Origin: an uncultured Sulfurimonas sp.
Lineage (GTDB): Bacteria > Campylobacterota > Campylobacteria > Campylobacterales > Sulfurimonadaceae
Assembly (NCBI GenBank): GCA_964615395.1
Contig: CAZTNH010000001.1
Location: 1 to 45,369 of the forward strand
Direction: 5' to 3'
Length of the DNA stretch: 45,369 nt
How positions within the stretch are numbered: the stretch's first letter is position 1; each line of letters starts with the position of its first letter. The notes under the pieces were generated by a model. The model ran no database searches. It was not told where the DNA came from and saw only the letters and a list, made by a program, of their open reading frames with translations. This document shows positions 1 to 9,620 of the stretch, piece by piece. The translations under genes were made by a program, and so were the position numbers.

Positions 1-115
1 CATAAATACAAACTATTCCATATATCATGAACATAGAAAAGGCTCTTCAAAAAGTCTGAAACTTCTGTTTTATCACCTATCTTCTGCATATAAATTTTTT
101 CTAAAACATAAATAG
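1..115 (+). CDS. 3' end of a probable family 2 glycosyltransferase (partial, runs off window start)
   Basis: Not in ORF track. Frame from position 2 is open to TAG at 113-115: INTNYSIYHEHRKGSSKSLKLLFYHLSSAYKFFLKHK*, resembling the C-terminus of WbbL-like GT2 enzymes; lies directly before a priming sugar transferase. Confidence 0.6.
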   Translation, partial: INTNYSIYHEHRKGSSKSLKLLFYHLSSAYKFFLKHK

Positions 116-128
116 AGTATAATTCAAA

Positions 129-1448
129 ATGTTTAAGAAAATACTCCATACACTTACTTTTATGTTATTAGATGTTTTAATCTTAGTAGCAGTGTTCTAT
201 CTCTCTATATATATTCGAGTAAATATTTCAACTGAGCCACTGCTGGCTTTTACTAATATACCACTGAGTAACTTTTACTTTGTGATTATAGTTATTGTAG
301 GGCTTTTTACATATGAAAAACTTTATGCTCTTCGCTATGATTTTTGGCAAGAAACTCTAAAAATCTTAAGAGCTCTATTTTTTGCATATTTCATTGTTTT
401 AGCAATGCTCACACTACAAAAGACTTCTCTTGAGTACTCCCGTCTGTTTATTACTCTCTATTTTGCTTTTGCTGTTGCTCTCTTGCCTATAGTGAAACGA
501 TATACTAAAAAACTTCTTTACAAGTGCTCATTTTTTAGAAAAAAAGTTTTAGTAGTAGGTGATGAGGAGCAAAAAAAGATTTTTACTCAAGAATTTGACA
601 ATAATTGGTATCTTGGAATGGAAGTCGTGGAAGAGGGGGAAGATAGTGTTATTATCTCTTCTAAAGGGATGGATTTAGATACGATAAATACTAAAATAGA
701 CAAGCATCTTCATGCAAAGAGTTCTGTCTATGTGGTACCTTATGTAATGAGCATAAACTTTGCAAACTCAAACATCATGGAGTATTCAAATATCCGTTTT
801 AATAGCATACAAATTGAGAACAAACTGCTCATAAAACGAAATATTTTTTTAAAAAATATTTTTGATATTTTTGCTACACTTATACTTTTACCTATTTTTT
901 TATTAGCACACATAGTAATAAGTTTAGCTATAAAATTGGACTCAAAAGGGAGTATATTTTTCAAACAACATCGTTTAGGAAAAGATGACAAAGACTTTGT
1001 GTGCTATAAATATAGAACTATGTATGAAGATACAGATGCTTTATTACAGGAATATTTAGTAGAAAATCCTGATGAAATAGAGTACTATAAAAAGTATCAT
1101 AAATACAAAAATGATCCACGTATCACAAAAATTGGAAAAATATTACGCTCAACTTCTCTTGATGAATTAGCACAGCTTATCAATATTTTAAAGGGAGAGA
1201 TGAGTTTAGTTGGCCCAAGACCATATATGCTTCAAGAGTCGTGTAAGCTAGGAGATGCTCAAGGTTTTATTCTCAAAGTTAACCCAGGTATTACAGGTCT
1301 TTGGCAAGTAAGTGGAAGAAATGAGTTGACATTTAAAGAGAGAAATGAATTAGAAGTATGGTATATCAAAAACTGGTCTCTCTGGGCTGATTTTGTCATA
1401 CTTGTAAAAACTGTTAAAGTAGTCTTAGGAAAAGTGGGAGCTAAATAG
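129..1448 (+). CDS. Undecaprenyl-phosphate glycosylphosphotransferase (WbaP/WcaJ-like priming sugar transferase)
   Basis: N-terminal TM helices plus C-terminal Bac_transf motifs (KYRTM, DPRITKIG, RSTSLDELAQL, MSLVGPRP, PGITGLWQVSGR). Confidence 0.92.
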   Translation: MFKKILHTLTFMLLDVLILVAVFYLSIYIRVNISTEPLLAFTNIPLSNFYFVIIVIVGLFTYEKLYALRYDFWQETLKILRALFFAYFIVLAMLTLQKTSLEYSRLFITLYFAFAVALLPIVKRYTKKLLYKCSFFRKKVLVVGDEEQKKIFTQEFDNNWYLGMEVVEEGEDSVIISSKGMDLDTINTKIDKHLHAKSSVYVVPYVMSINFANSNIMEYSNIRFNSIQIENKLLIKRNIFLKNIFDIFATLILLPIFLLAHIVISLAIKLDSKGSIFFKQHRLGKDDKDFVCYKYRTMYEDTDALLQEYLVENPDEIEYYKKYHKYKNDPRITKIGKILRSTSLDELAQLINILKGEMSLVGPRPYMLQESCKLGDAQGFILKVNPGITGLWQVSGRNELTFKERNELEVWYIKNWSLWADFVILVKTVKVVLGKVGAK

Positions 1449-1457
1449 CATACCCTA

Positions 1458-1787
1458 TCATCTACAAACAGAAACAGGAATCATTACAGCATAATTAGGA
1501 GTATCTTTTTTTCCTATAAAAGTGTAAGTCCCTACACTGAGAGAGTAGTTTGTGGCGTTTACTTCCTCTCCATTACAGAGAACAGTTTTACCCTGTTTGT
1601 ACTTTGTCACTATATTGAGCATTTTTTCTCTCTGTGATGAGCTATATGTATTAAAAGCTATAGCTCCTAGAACTATACTCAAAACTATAAATAGGATTGT
1701 AAATTCTTGTTTTTTAGTAAGTTCCAAAAAGTACTTAATAGCGAGAAAAAATATTCCTACTGTTATGAGTCCTGCGATGTATGTCAT
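1458..1787 (-). CDS. Hypothetical membrane protein (2 TM plus small Cys-pair domain)
   Basis: 109-aa ORF whose start overlaps the murC stop; two hydrophobic N-terminal helices; Cys in VLCNG and VSVCR. Confidence 0.75.
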   Translation of the reverse strand: MTYIAGLITVGIFFLAIKYFLELTKKQEFTILFIVLSIVLGAIAFNTYSSSQREKMLNIVTKYKQGKTVLCNGEEVNATNYSLSVGTYTFIGKKDTPNYAVMIPVSVCR

Positions 1788-3100
1788 TATGCTATTCCTC
1801 TTATCTGGTATGTTATGTCACCAGCACCAAAACCGATAATAAGTCCACTATCTATTTTTTGTATATCATGCTTATCTTTTACTACAGTTATATGATTGTT
1901 TGAGCGTTTAATCGTATCTGCCATAGTCAAATTGTAGCGTTTGAATTTCTCTTGAAAATCTATATCTCGCGTTGTTTCACCAGCAGCCCAAACAGGAAGA
2001 ATGATTAACTCGTCAACACCATCAAAGCAGTTTATAAATGCATCAAGGTTATCAAGAGTACGAGAGTATTTATGAGGTTGCCATATAGCCGTTATCTTCT
2101 TGAAATTTTTCAGTTTTGCATACTCTTTAACTGATTCAAATGTAGCTTTGATCTCTGTTGGGTGGTGACCATAATCATCAATGATTACAGCATCTTTTTC
2201 TGCTCCAACAATATCAAAACGTTTTTTGATTCCTTTAAATGTCAGAAGATTTTTTCTGATATCTTCTATATCCATCTCATGATTTGCTGCAAGAATGGCA
2301 AGTGCAGCATCTAATGCTATATGTTTACCAAAACCCCAAACTTTAAAAGTACCTAAATCTCGTAGTTTAAAACTAGTATAGGGCTCATCTTCAATAAGTA
2401 TATACTCGATTTCTGAAATATCACTAGAGGGGTAGAGCCACTCTGCATCAACACTCTCTATAAGTGTTTGAAGAAATGGATCTTCAGCATTTAAAACCTT
2501 ACATGAAGCAGAATTTATAAATCTTTTGTAAGAGTCATAAAATCTATCATAGTTATAGTCATAATACTCCATATGTTCAGGTTCAGCATTGATAACAATA
2601 GCACAATGAGGATTAGAGTTTATAAAGCTTCCATCACTCTCATCAGCTTCAAAAAGCATAATATCTGTACTCTCATCATAACGAACATTTGAGCCAAAAG
2701 CTTTTGACTCAGCACCAATGATAGCCGAGCCATTCATAATTGAAGTTAAAATAGCTGTTGTTGTACTCTTTCCATGAGCTCCAGCAACAGAGTAGACTTT
2801 TCTATCATCAAGTATTTGTAGAAGGGCTTCTCGTCTAGCTAAGACCTCTATACCTTTCTCTTTTGCTGCTACTACCTCTGGATTGTCAGGACGGATTATC
2901 GCAGAGTGAACAACTAAATCTTGATTGTTAATAGCCTCTTTTAAGTGAGGAACAGTAACATTAATACCCATTTTACGGAGTTTTTGAGTGATAATTGTAT
3001 CTTTTATATCTGAACCACTTACTGTGTGACCTTTAAAGTGCATATACTGTGCAAGTCCAGATATCCCAATACCACCAATGCCGATAAAATGTATTTTCAT
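1787..3100 (-). CDS. murC: UDP-N-acetylmuramate--L-alanine ligase
   Basis: MKIHFIGIGGIGISG start (ATG at 3100, preceded by AAGGAA), GAHGKSTTT, EADESD, DDYGHHPTEI, QPHKYSR. The 47-aa extension in the ORF track overlaps the upstream gene. Confidence 0.96.
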   Translation of the reverse strand: MKIHFIGIGGIGISGLAQYMHFKGHTVSGSDIKDTIITQKLRKMGINVTVPHLKEAINNQDLVVHSAIIRPDNPEVVAAKEKGIEVLARREALLQILDDRKVYSVAGAHGKSTTTAILTSIMNGSAIIGAESKAFGSNVRYDESTDIMLFEADESDGSFINSNPHCAIVINAEPEHMEYYDYNYDRFYDSYKRFINSASCKVLNAEDPFLQTLIESVDAEWLYPSSDISEIEYILIEDEPYTSFKLRDLGTFKVWGFGKHIALDAALAILAANHEMDIEDIRKNLLTFKGIKKRFDIVGAEKDAVIIDDYGHHPTEIKATFESVKEYAKLKNFKKITAIWQPHKYSRTLDNLDAFINCFDGVDELIILPVWAAGETTRDIDFQEKFKRYNLTMADTIKRSNNHITVVKDKHDIQKIDSGLIIGFGAGDITYQIRGIA

Positions 3101-3104
3101 ACTG

Positions 3105-3620
3105 CTAGTTTCCTTTTTCTGTAGAAGCTTCTTTAGCATTATCCAGCAAAACCTGTGCCTCTTTTGAAAAACCTGAAATATAGAAAGTTTTGTTAGCTTG
3201 TGTAACATCCATATCTGCGATTTTAGACATAAAATCATCAATATTTATATTTTCAGCAGCTGCTAACCAGTGAAGTTTAAGAGACCATGAAAATTTATCA
3301 TCATTTGTCATACCTGCTAGTACTTCAAAAAGTGCAGAGGCATCTTGAATAGCTCCAGCACTAAAGTGTTCCATAGCATACTCATAAAGAGCACGAGTAG
3401 TGGCAAAGTCTTGAACCTCATTCATATCAAATTTAGTATGAGACTCTAGTGTCTCAGTAAGTCTCTCTAGTGCTAAGTCAAGTATGTTTGAGTAAAATCC
3501 ATGAAGAGTCTCTTCATCAAAAACTTCGTGAGCTTGTGATTCTAGTACATAGAGTGCTGCTATATCATTGTTTGTTTGAGCCTCTAATACTTTTGTTTTT
3601 AATTCATCTGCTTTATTCAC
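3105..3620 (-). CDS. Hypothetical acidic alpha-helical protein
   Basis: 171-aa ORF overlapping the dapC stop and ending 4 nt before murC; normal protein composition. Confidence 0.8.
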   Translation of the reverse strand: MNKADELKTKVLEAQTNNDIAALYVLESQAHEVFDEETLHGFYSNILDLALERLTETLESHTKFDMNEVQDFATTRALYEYAMEHFSAGAIQDASALFEVLAGMTNDDKFSWSLKLHWLAAAENINIDDFMSKIADMDVTQANKTFYISGFSKEAQVLLDNAKEASTEKGN

Positions 3621-4752
3621 TTAAACACTCCTTTATTCTATTTAGTGCATCTCTCGTTTTCTCTTCACTCTCAACAAGTGCAACTCTTATATAATCGATA
3701 CCTGGGTTTTCACCTTTTGCATCTGGGCGAGCTAAATACTCTCCTGGAAGAACTTTTACATTATACTTTTCATAGAGTTTTTTTGTAAACTCTAAAGCAT
3801 CTTTAACCTCTATCCAGAGATAAAATGTAGCATTTGGAATCTTAGTTCCTAAAATCTCTTGGGCAATTTTAAAGTTGTTTTTATAAGTCTCACGAGATTG
3901 AGCTACATGGTTTTCATCACTCCAAGCTGCGGCAGCACACTCTTGAAGTGGAAGAGGGCTAGCACACCCAACATAAGTTCTATATTTCATATACTCTTTA
4001 AGTATAGTCTCATCCCCTGCGATGTAACCTGAACGTAGACCTGGTGCTGATGAGCGTTTAGAGATAGAGTTTATAACTAAAATATTTTTAAAGTTTTTGT
4101 TTCCAACATGAAGGGAAGCTTCAAGTAAAGAGGGTATTGGCTTATCTGTGTAAATTTCACTATAGCACTCATCATTTAGGAGTACAAAGTTATGTTTTAA
4201 AGCTAGATAGACCCATTCACCCAGCTCTTCTAAACTAAGTGTAGCTGTTGTAGGGTTGTTTGGAAAGTTTAAAATTACTAAGTCACATGTAGCTAACTCT
4301 TCTTCATTTATCTCAGGTTTAAAGTTATTTTGAGCTGTAAGATTGAGATGAATTACTTTTGAACGAGTCGCTAGTGCAGCTCCCTCATAAATCTGATAAA
4401 AAGGGTTTGTGTATGCCATAACTGGTTCTTTTTTATCAAAAAGTAGAAACTGAGGAAAGTTAAAAAGAACTTCTCTCGTTCCAAATGTTGGAATAATCTG
4501 TTCATTAGTAAGTTCTACATTAAATCTTTTTTTATTAAACTCTATAAGTGCATCACGAAGATTTGTCTCTCCACCTGTTTTTGGATATTTTTTTAAAAGA
4601 GATGTACTTTTTTGAAGAGTCTCCTGTATAAATTTAGGTGTCTCAAACTGAGGTTCTCCAATAGTTAAAACTGAAGGTTTTAACTCTCTGTTTGGAGTGA
4701 TATTTTCTAGTAAATTGTTTAATTTTTCAAATGGGTATGGTTCAAAATTCAT
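3613..4752 (-). CDS. dapC: Succinyldiaminopimelate transaminase (class I/II PLP aminotransferase)
   Basis: YPFEKL, IGEPQ, GTREVLF, NFPNNPT, NDECYSEIY, SISKRSSAPGLRSG (PLP Lys), YRTYVG. Confidence 0.88.
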   Translation of the reverse strand: MNFEPYPFEKLNNLLENITPNRELKPSVLTIGEPQFETPKFIQETLQKSTSLLKKYPKTGGETNLRDALIEFNKKRFNVELTNEQIIPTFGTREVLFNFPQFLLFDKKEPVMAYTNPFYQIYEGAALATRSKVIHLNLTAQNNFKPEINEEELATCDLVILNFPNNPTTATLSLEELGEWVYLALKHNFVLLNDECYSEIYTDKPIPSLLEASLHVGNKNFKNILVINSISKRSSAPGLRSGYIAGDETILKEYMKYRTYVGCASPLPLQECAAAAWSDENHVAQSRETYKNNFKIAQEILGTKIPNATFYLWIEVKDALEFTKKLYEKYNVKVLPGEYLARPDAKGENPGIDYIRVALVESEEKTRDALNRIKECLSE

Positions 4753-4844
4753 AAGTTTTCGCTTTATCTAATATTGATGTTATTATAGCTAAAAATCATT
4801 TATCTAAGTTGAGGCTATAGAAAGTGATTAAGCGAAAATGATAT

Positions 4845-5582
4845 TTATTTGAAAAAAGGAACTATTCTATAACCCACACCGTAAATACTCTCTAGTGTTT
4901 CATCTGGTAGTTTTTTTCTTAGTTTTGAGACAAGTTTTCTTATGTTTTGAGAATCAATATGTTCATTAATATCATTAAAGTATGTAACAATATCTTCATT
5001 TGAAAATATTTTTCCACTATTTTGTGTTAATAATTCTAAAAAAATTATTTCATATTTTGTGAGATATACACTTTCATTATCATTGAGTAATATTTTTGTC
5101 TCTTTATTAAAAGAGAAGTTGTCAGCTAAAAAAATATTTGAAAAATTCAAAGTTTTCTTAACTGAAGAAGATGATTTCTTAGAAATATTTAGTAAAACTT
5201 TAAGTAACTCTTGATAGTCTATAGGTTTTTTAATAAACTGCTCTATACCAAGATTTATAAGAGGTAGTAGATAGGATGATTCATCATGTGCTGATAAAAC
5301 AATAACTGTCTGTGTATTGTTGATTTCATAAATTTTTTCAGTTAAAATAACCCCATCCATTTTTGGCATCTGAATGTCGGTGAGTACTAAATCATATGCT
5401 TTGTTATTTTTGTATGCATTTTTATAAAGATTTAAAGCCTCTTCGCCATCTTTTGCACTATCAACTTTTTTAAAAAAGTTTTTTAAAATTTCACATGTAT
5501 TTATTCTTAATTCATCATGATCTTCTGCAAAGAGTAAAGAGAGGTTCTGAGTATATTGTAAAAGTTCTTTTGAGTTTATCAT
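4845..5582 (-). CDS. OmpR-family response regulator (REC plus winged HTH), no adjacent kinase
   Basis: FAEDH, LTDIQMPKMDG, LSAH, KKP receiver motifs; LTKYE...LRKKL...YGVGYR DNA-binding domain. Confidence 0.9.
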   Translation of the reverse strand: MINSKELLQYTQNLSLLFAEDHDELRINTCEILKNFFKKVDSAKDGEEALNLYKNAYKNNKAYDLVLTDIQMPKMDGVILTEKIYEINNTQTVIVLSAHDESSYLLPLINLGIEQFIKKPIDYQELLKVLLNISKKSSSSVKKTLNFSNIFLADNFSFNKETKILLNDNESVYLTKYEIIFLELLTQNSGKIFSNEDIVTYFNDINEHIDSQNIRKLVSKLRKKLPDETLESIYGVGYRIVPFFK

Positions 5583-5650
5583 CTTAATTATTTTATTAAT
5601 CCTAAGTTTTTATCAGTATATCTATATATAATTAATTATTCAATTAAAAG

Positions 5651-5659
5651 TGATATAAT
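5651..5659 (+). promoter_or_regulatory. Extended -10 promoter element for thiS
   Basis: TGATATAAT (TGnTATAAT) about 40 nt upstream of the probable thiS start. Confidence 0.6.
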
Positions 5660-5698
5660 CTTAGTAAAAATACATTTTTGTATATAAAGCGAGAGAAA

Positions 5699-5899
5699 TT
5701 GAAGATAATAGTAAATGGAAATGAAAAAGAGTTTAAAAAATCAATAACACTAGAAGAGTTGTTACATGAACTCTCTTTAGATGGAAAAGTAATGGCTGCA
5801 GCTGTTAATATGAATATAATCAAACAAAATATTTGGGATAAATATATTTTAGTTGATGGTGATAAATTAGAACTGCTTGATTTTGTCGGTGGTGGTTAG
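5699..5899 (+). CDS. thiS: Sulfur carrier protein ThiS
   Basis: (M)KIIVNG...AAAVN...GDKLELLDFVGGG C-terminal di-Gly. TTG at 5699 after GAGAG gives a typical 66 aa; ORF track starts at 5678. Confidence 0.92.
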   Translation: MKIIVNGNEKEFKKSITLEELLHELSLDGKVMAAAVNMNIIKQNIWDKYILVDGDKLELLDFVGGG

Positions 5900-6244
5900 A
5901 GAAGCTATAGTTACTACACCTATAGCATACTCTCCATCATGTGTAATTGAGATAGCAGTTTGAGTTAGATTAAATCTTTGGACTATTTTTTTAGAAAGAG
6001 CAAGTTTTGGAGCACCTAAAGATGTTTTATAAATCTCTATATCGTGAAAAGAACAATCTTTTCCTATACCTGTTCCTAGTGCTTTAGAAAAGGCCTCTTT
6101 GATAGCCCAAAATCCTGCTGCTGTTTTATGTGACTTGACAAGTGCTATCTCATCTTGAGAGAGAAATTTACGAAGTCCCTTCTCTCCGAAACGCTCAATT
6201 AAGTGTTCCATACGAGAAGTTTTTATCAGATCTATACCTATCAT
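5867..6244 (-). CDS. acpS: Holo-[acyl-carrier-protein] synthase
   Basis: MIGIDL, AGFWAIKEAFSKALGTGIG, SITHDGEYA. Confidence 0.95.
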   Translation of the reverse strand: MIGIDLIKTSRMEHLIERFGEKGLRKFLSQDEIALVKSHKTAAGFWAIKEAFSKALGTGIGKDCSFHDIEIYKTSLGAPKLALSKKIVQRFNLTQTAISITHDGEYAIGVVTIASLTTTDKIKQF

Positions 6245-6247
6245 AAT

Positions 6248-6808
6248 CTACTGAATAACAAACTGAGTAAAGTATATCCCTTTTATCTTTCCATCTCTGA
6301 TCATCGCATTAAGAGCATCCATAATCTGTTGAGAAACTTTCTGCTTTCCTTTTTTTGAACTTATCTCTTCAAGAGTTTTTGATGTTAAAATTCTTATGAT
6401 TTTATCTCTAAGAACTGCTGATTTAGCATCAAGTTCAGTACTAAGCTCTTCACCCTCAAGTTCAAGACTTATAGTGACTTTTAAGTAACGACGTCCTGCA
6501 TCACTTTTAAGATTTACTGTAAAAGTATCTAAAGGATAAAGAATACCTATCTCATCAAGAGGTCTAGAGTTATCATATTGTGTCGTAGCTCTATTTGATG
6601 AACTACTCTTATTAGATGCAGGTCTCTCTTGTGTTTGAGGGGCACTGTTTTTTACTGGTTCATCATCATTTCCCATAAGTAAAAAAGCGACTACACCACC
6701 AACAATAATAATAAGAAATAATACAACAATGATGATTATCATCAGCATATTACTTGATTTTTTCTCTTTTGGTTCACTCTCTTCTTCAGTTGGTTTTTCT
6801 TCAGCCAT
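6248..6808 (-). CDS. fliL: Flagellar basal body-associated protein FliL
   Basis: Single N-terminal TM, FTVNL, RYLKV, RDKII..L, GK, IYFTQFVIQ end; fliL-acpS order. Confidence 0.93.
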   Translation of the reverse strand: MAEEKPTEEESEPKEKKSSNMLMIIIIVVLFLIIIVGGVVAFLLMGNDDEPVKNSAPQTQERPASNKSSSSNRATTQYDNSRPLDEIGILYPLDTFTVNLKSDAGRRYLKVTISLELEGEELSTELDAKSAVLRDKIIRILTSKTLEEISSKKGKQKVSQQIMDALNAMIRDGKIKGIYFTQFVIQ

Positions 6809-6856
6809 AATTTATCCTTGGAGTTATTATTTTGTTAGTATATCAAAAAATTATAA

Positions 6857-7117
6857 TTAACTACAAATTTTTACATCTAAATCTTTAATGATTTCTTCAA
6901 ATATTGCACCCGATTCACGAGCTATATCATCATGGTACTCAATAACTAAAACATCTTTACCATTAGATACTTTAGTAGTATAAATCTCTGGAACCATACT
7001 GTTTTTAGCAATAATTCGATCTACACAAGAATTTACCTCTGTTTTTTCACTTTCAGACTCGTACGCCAGTGCTAATCTTGAAAATCTCTCTTCACTTCTA
7101 AATTCTGCATCAATCAT
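6857..7117 (-). CDS. Hypothetical protein (86 aa, acidic)
   Basis: ATG preceded by GAGGA; minus-strand TATAAT at 7146-7151. Confidence 0.8.
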   Translation of the reverse strand: MIDAEFRSEERFSRLALAYESESEKTEVNSCVDRIIAKNSMVPEIYTTKVSNGKDVLVIEYHDDIARESGAIFEEIIKDLDVKICS

Positions 7118-7189
7118 AAATTATCCTCTATTTTTTAATTTTGCAATTATACAATTTAAATACATAAATATTACTTTTTTATAAAAAAA

Positions 7190-8536
7190 TTAGTACCATT
7201 CTAAAAGTTTTGTTACTTCATCAACTACAAAAGTTTTTACTGAAGTTTTTTCAAGTGGTTTTTTTGCAACAAGTGCTTTGTTGATATTTTGCATTTTTGC
7301 CTCTTTGAGTCTTACATCTAAAGCATAAACCTCTCGCACATCACCAACAAGTGAAACTTCACCAATAAAGATAGTCTCTTTTGAGATAGCACGATCTCGA
7401 AAACTACTAATGATAGCAGCGAGTATGGCTAAATCTGCTGCAGTTTCGGTAATCTTGATTCCTCCTGTAATGTTTATGAAAACATCATAGCCCGAGAGAG
7501 GAATCTCTAGTTTACGTTCTAAAAGTGCTAAGAGCATATTGAGTCTATTGTTATCAAAACCTGTGGCTTGGCGTTTGGAGTTTGGCGTGTGTGACTCTGA
7601 AACAAGTGCTTGAACCTCTAAAATGATAGGACGACTCCCCTCCATGATGACAGTTAGTGCTGAACCACTCTGTTGCGAGTCTCGATTAAAAAAGCGTGAG
7701 GCTACATCTGTTGCAGATACTAAACCTTCTGAACGCATCTCAAAAACACCTATCTCACTTGTAGGACCAAAACGATTTTTAAATCCACGAAGTATCCGTA
7801 ACTCTTGTGATGAATCTCCCTCAAAATATAAAACAGTATCTACCATATGTTCAAGAACTCGTGGACCTGCGATGGATCCCTCTTTTGTTATGTGACCGAT
7901 GATAAAGATGGCAATATCTCTCTCTTTGGCTATTCGCATAAGTTCAAAGGTGATTTGACGGACTTGTGTTACAGAACCTGGGGCTGATGTGATAGCTTCT
8001 GAATAGATAGTTTGGATAGAGTCTATAATTAAAAATTCATATCTTCGCTCTTGTAGTTCAACTAAAATCTGATCTAATCGTATCTCACTTAAAAGATAGA
8101 GTTTATCTTGGTTTGAGTTAAGACGATTTGCACGAAGTTTTATCTGTCCTGCTGACTCTTCTCCTGTAACATAGAGAACATTTTTCCCCATACTTGCGAT
8201 GTTTGAGCCAATTTTTAAGAGTAGGGTAGATTTACCAACTCCTGGACTTCCTCCTATAAGAGTAAGTGAACCAGGTACAATTCCACCGCCGAGAACATTG
8301 TCAAGCTCACTATCTTGTGAAGAGTATCTATAGATCTCCTCTTCGACTATATCATTAATACTCACTGCTTTTGCAGATTTAGAACTAGGGGATTTTGTCT
8401 GTTTAACTACCTCTTGTTGATGCTCATTTAACTCAATAAATGAGTCCCATGCTCCACAGTTAGTACATTTTCCCATCCATTTTGGAGTAGTAAGCCCACA
8501 GTGTTGACACTCAAATAGTATTTTTTTCTTAGCCAT
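7190..8536 (-). CDS. radA: DNA repair protein RadA/Sms
   Basis: CQHC...CTNC zinc finger, GSPGVGKST Walker A, IDSIQT, KNRFG motif, Lon-like C-terminal domain. Confidence 0.97.
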   Translation of the reverse strand: MAKKKILFECQHCGLTTPKWMGKCTNCGAWDSFIELNEHQQEVVKQTKSPSSKSAKAVSINDIVEEEIYRYSSQDSELDNVLGGGIVPGSLTLIGGSPGVGKSTLLLKIGSNIASMGKNVLYVTGEESAGQIKLRANRLNSNQDKLYLLSEIRLDQILVELQERRYEFLIIDSIQTIYSEAITSAPGSVTQVRQITFELMRIAKERDIAIFIIGHITKEGSIAGPRVLEHMVDTVLYFEGDSSQELRILRGFKNRFGPTSEIGVFEMRSEGLVSATDVASRFFNRDSQQSGSALTVIMEGSRPIILEVQALVSESHTPNSKRQATGFDNNRLNMLLALLERKLEIPLSGYDVFINITGGIKITETAADLAILAAIISSFRDRAISKETIFIGEVSLVGDVREVYALDVRLKEAKMQNINKALVAKKPLEKTSVKTFVVDEVTKLLEWY

Positions 8537-8664
8537 AATTTTTCTTTTTGTTTATTTTTTGTAATCTGTCCAACTAACAAAATAATTTTACATGAATTTT
8601 TTTAAAAGTCAGGAAAATATGGCAAATTGACATATTTTTGTATAATTTAATTTTGAGTGTTTTA

Positions 8665-8723
8665 ATGGGACTGAAGTCCCATCCCCGAAAAGGGGTAGGG
8701 TAGGGGCTTGGACTTTAGTCCAA
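8665..8723. repeat. REP-like inverted doublet of palindromes (three consecutive hairpins)
   Basis: ATGGGACT-GA-AGTCCCAT (8665-8682), CCCC-GAAAA-GGGG (8683-8695), GTAG twice, TTGGACT-TT-AGTCCAA (8708-8723); GC-rich island in an AT-rich spacer. Confidence 0.65.
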
Positions 8724-8737
8724 TATGATTTTTAATG

Positions 8738-9619
8738 CTAAAGAGTTTCTTCCACAAATAACGCATCTAAAAGAGTATCAACAAACTCTTGTTTATTAAA
8801 TGGTGTTAAATCTTCAGGTTGCTCACCTGTTCCTACATAGATGATAGGAAGTTCAAGAGCATAAGCGATAGAGAATATACTTCCACCTTTGGCAGTTCCA
8901 TCTAGTTTTGTGATGATAACACCGTCTATTCCTACCATTTCATTGAAAGCTTTGGCTTGTGCTATTGCTGAGTTACCCTGTGTTCCATCTATTACTAAAA
9001 CTGTTCTATGAGGAGAACCCTCGTGTGCTTTATTACAGATGCGATTTATCTTAATGAGTTCATTTGCTAAGTTTGTTTGAGTATGTAAACGCCCAGCTGT
9101 ATCGATGATAACATTATCATAGCCCTTACTTTTGGCAGAATCAATAGTATCATAAGCAACAGCAGAAGAGTCATGTCCCTGTTTTGATGCAATGATAGGA
9201 ACATCTAATCTTTTTGCCCAGAGTGTAAGCTGTTCAATAGCTGCTGCACGAAAAGTATCACCAGCACCTAAGATAACTTTTTTTCCCTCTTGTTGATATT
9301 TATAAGCAAGTTTAGCGATAGTTGTTGTTTTTCCTGCACCATTTACACCGATGATAAGTTCAACAAAGGGGGCTGTAAACTCAGGCTCTTCATATGATGT
9401 ATGAGCAAGTGTAGCTAAAAGTTTAGAACGAAGTATCTCACGTGTTACTTTTGTTTGATATATTTCATTCATAATGATTTCAACTAGAGCATACTCGACA
9501 TCAGCTTCTAGTAAAATATCTTCTAGTTCCTCTTTTGAAAAGGTGACTTTTTTCTTTGGAGCTACTGCTTTAATAGCTTCAACAGTCTTATTAAGACTCT
9601 TTTTTATAAAACCAAACAC
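8738..9619 (-). CDS. ftsY: Signal recognition particle receptor FtsY (short NG form)
   Basis: [33 protein letters not shown]; GTG start. Confidence 0.97.
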   Translation of the reverse strand: MFGFIKKSLNKTVEAIKAVAPKKKVTFSKEELEDILLEADVEYALVEIIMNEIYQTKVTREILRSKLLATLAHTSYEEPEFTAPFVELIIGVNGAGKTTTIAKLAYKYQQEGKKVILGAGDTFRAAAIEQLTLWAKRLDVPIIASKQGHDSSAVAYDTIDSAKSKGYDNVIIDTAGRLHTQTNLANELIKINRICNKAHEGSPHRTVLVIDGTQGNSAIAQAKAFNEMVGIDGVIITKLDGTAKGGSIFSIAYALELPIIYVGTGEQPEDLTPFNKQEFVDTLLDALFVEETL

Positions 9620-9620
9620 T

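Noticed and set aside
3101-3241. N-terminal extensions in the ORF track for murC (also thiS, the RCK gene, dnaJ, recR)
   Set aside because: They overlap neighbouring genes or promoters; downstream starts match family N-termini and RBS or stop-start coupling.
8627-8646. TTGACA plus TATAAT as a consensus sigma70 promoter
   Set aside because: The spacer is only 8 nt rather than about 17, so they cannot act as one -35/-10 pair.
8590-8737. SRP RNA (ffs) next to ftsY
   Set aside because: The hairpins lack the SRP domain IV signature (CAGG...GGAA loop...AGCAG) and the single long stem.
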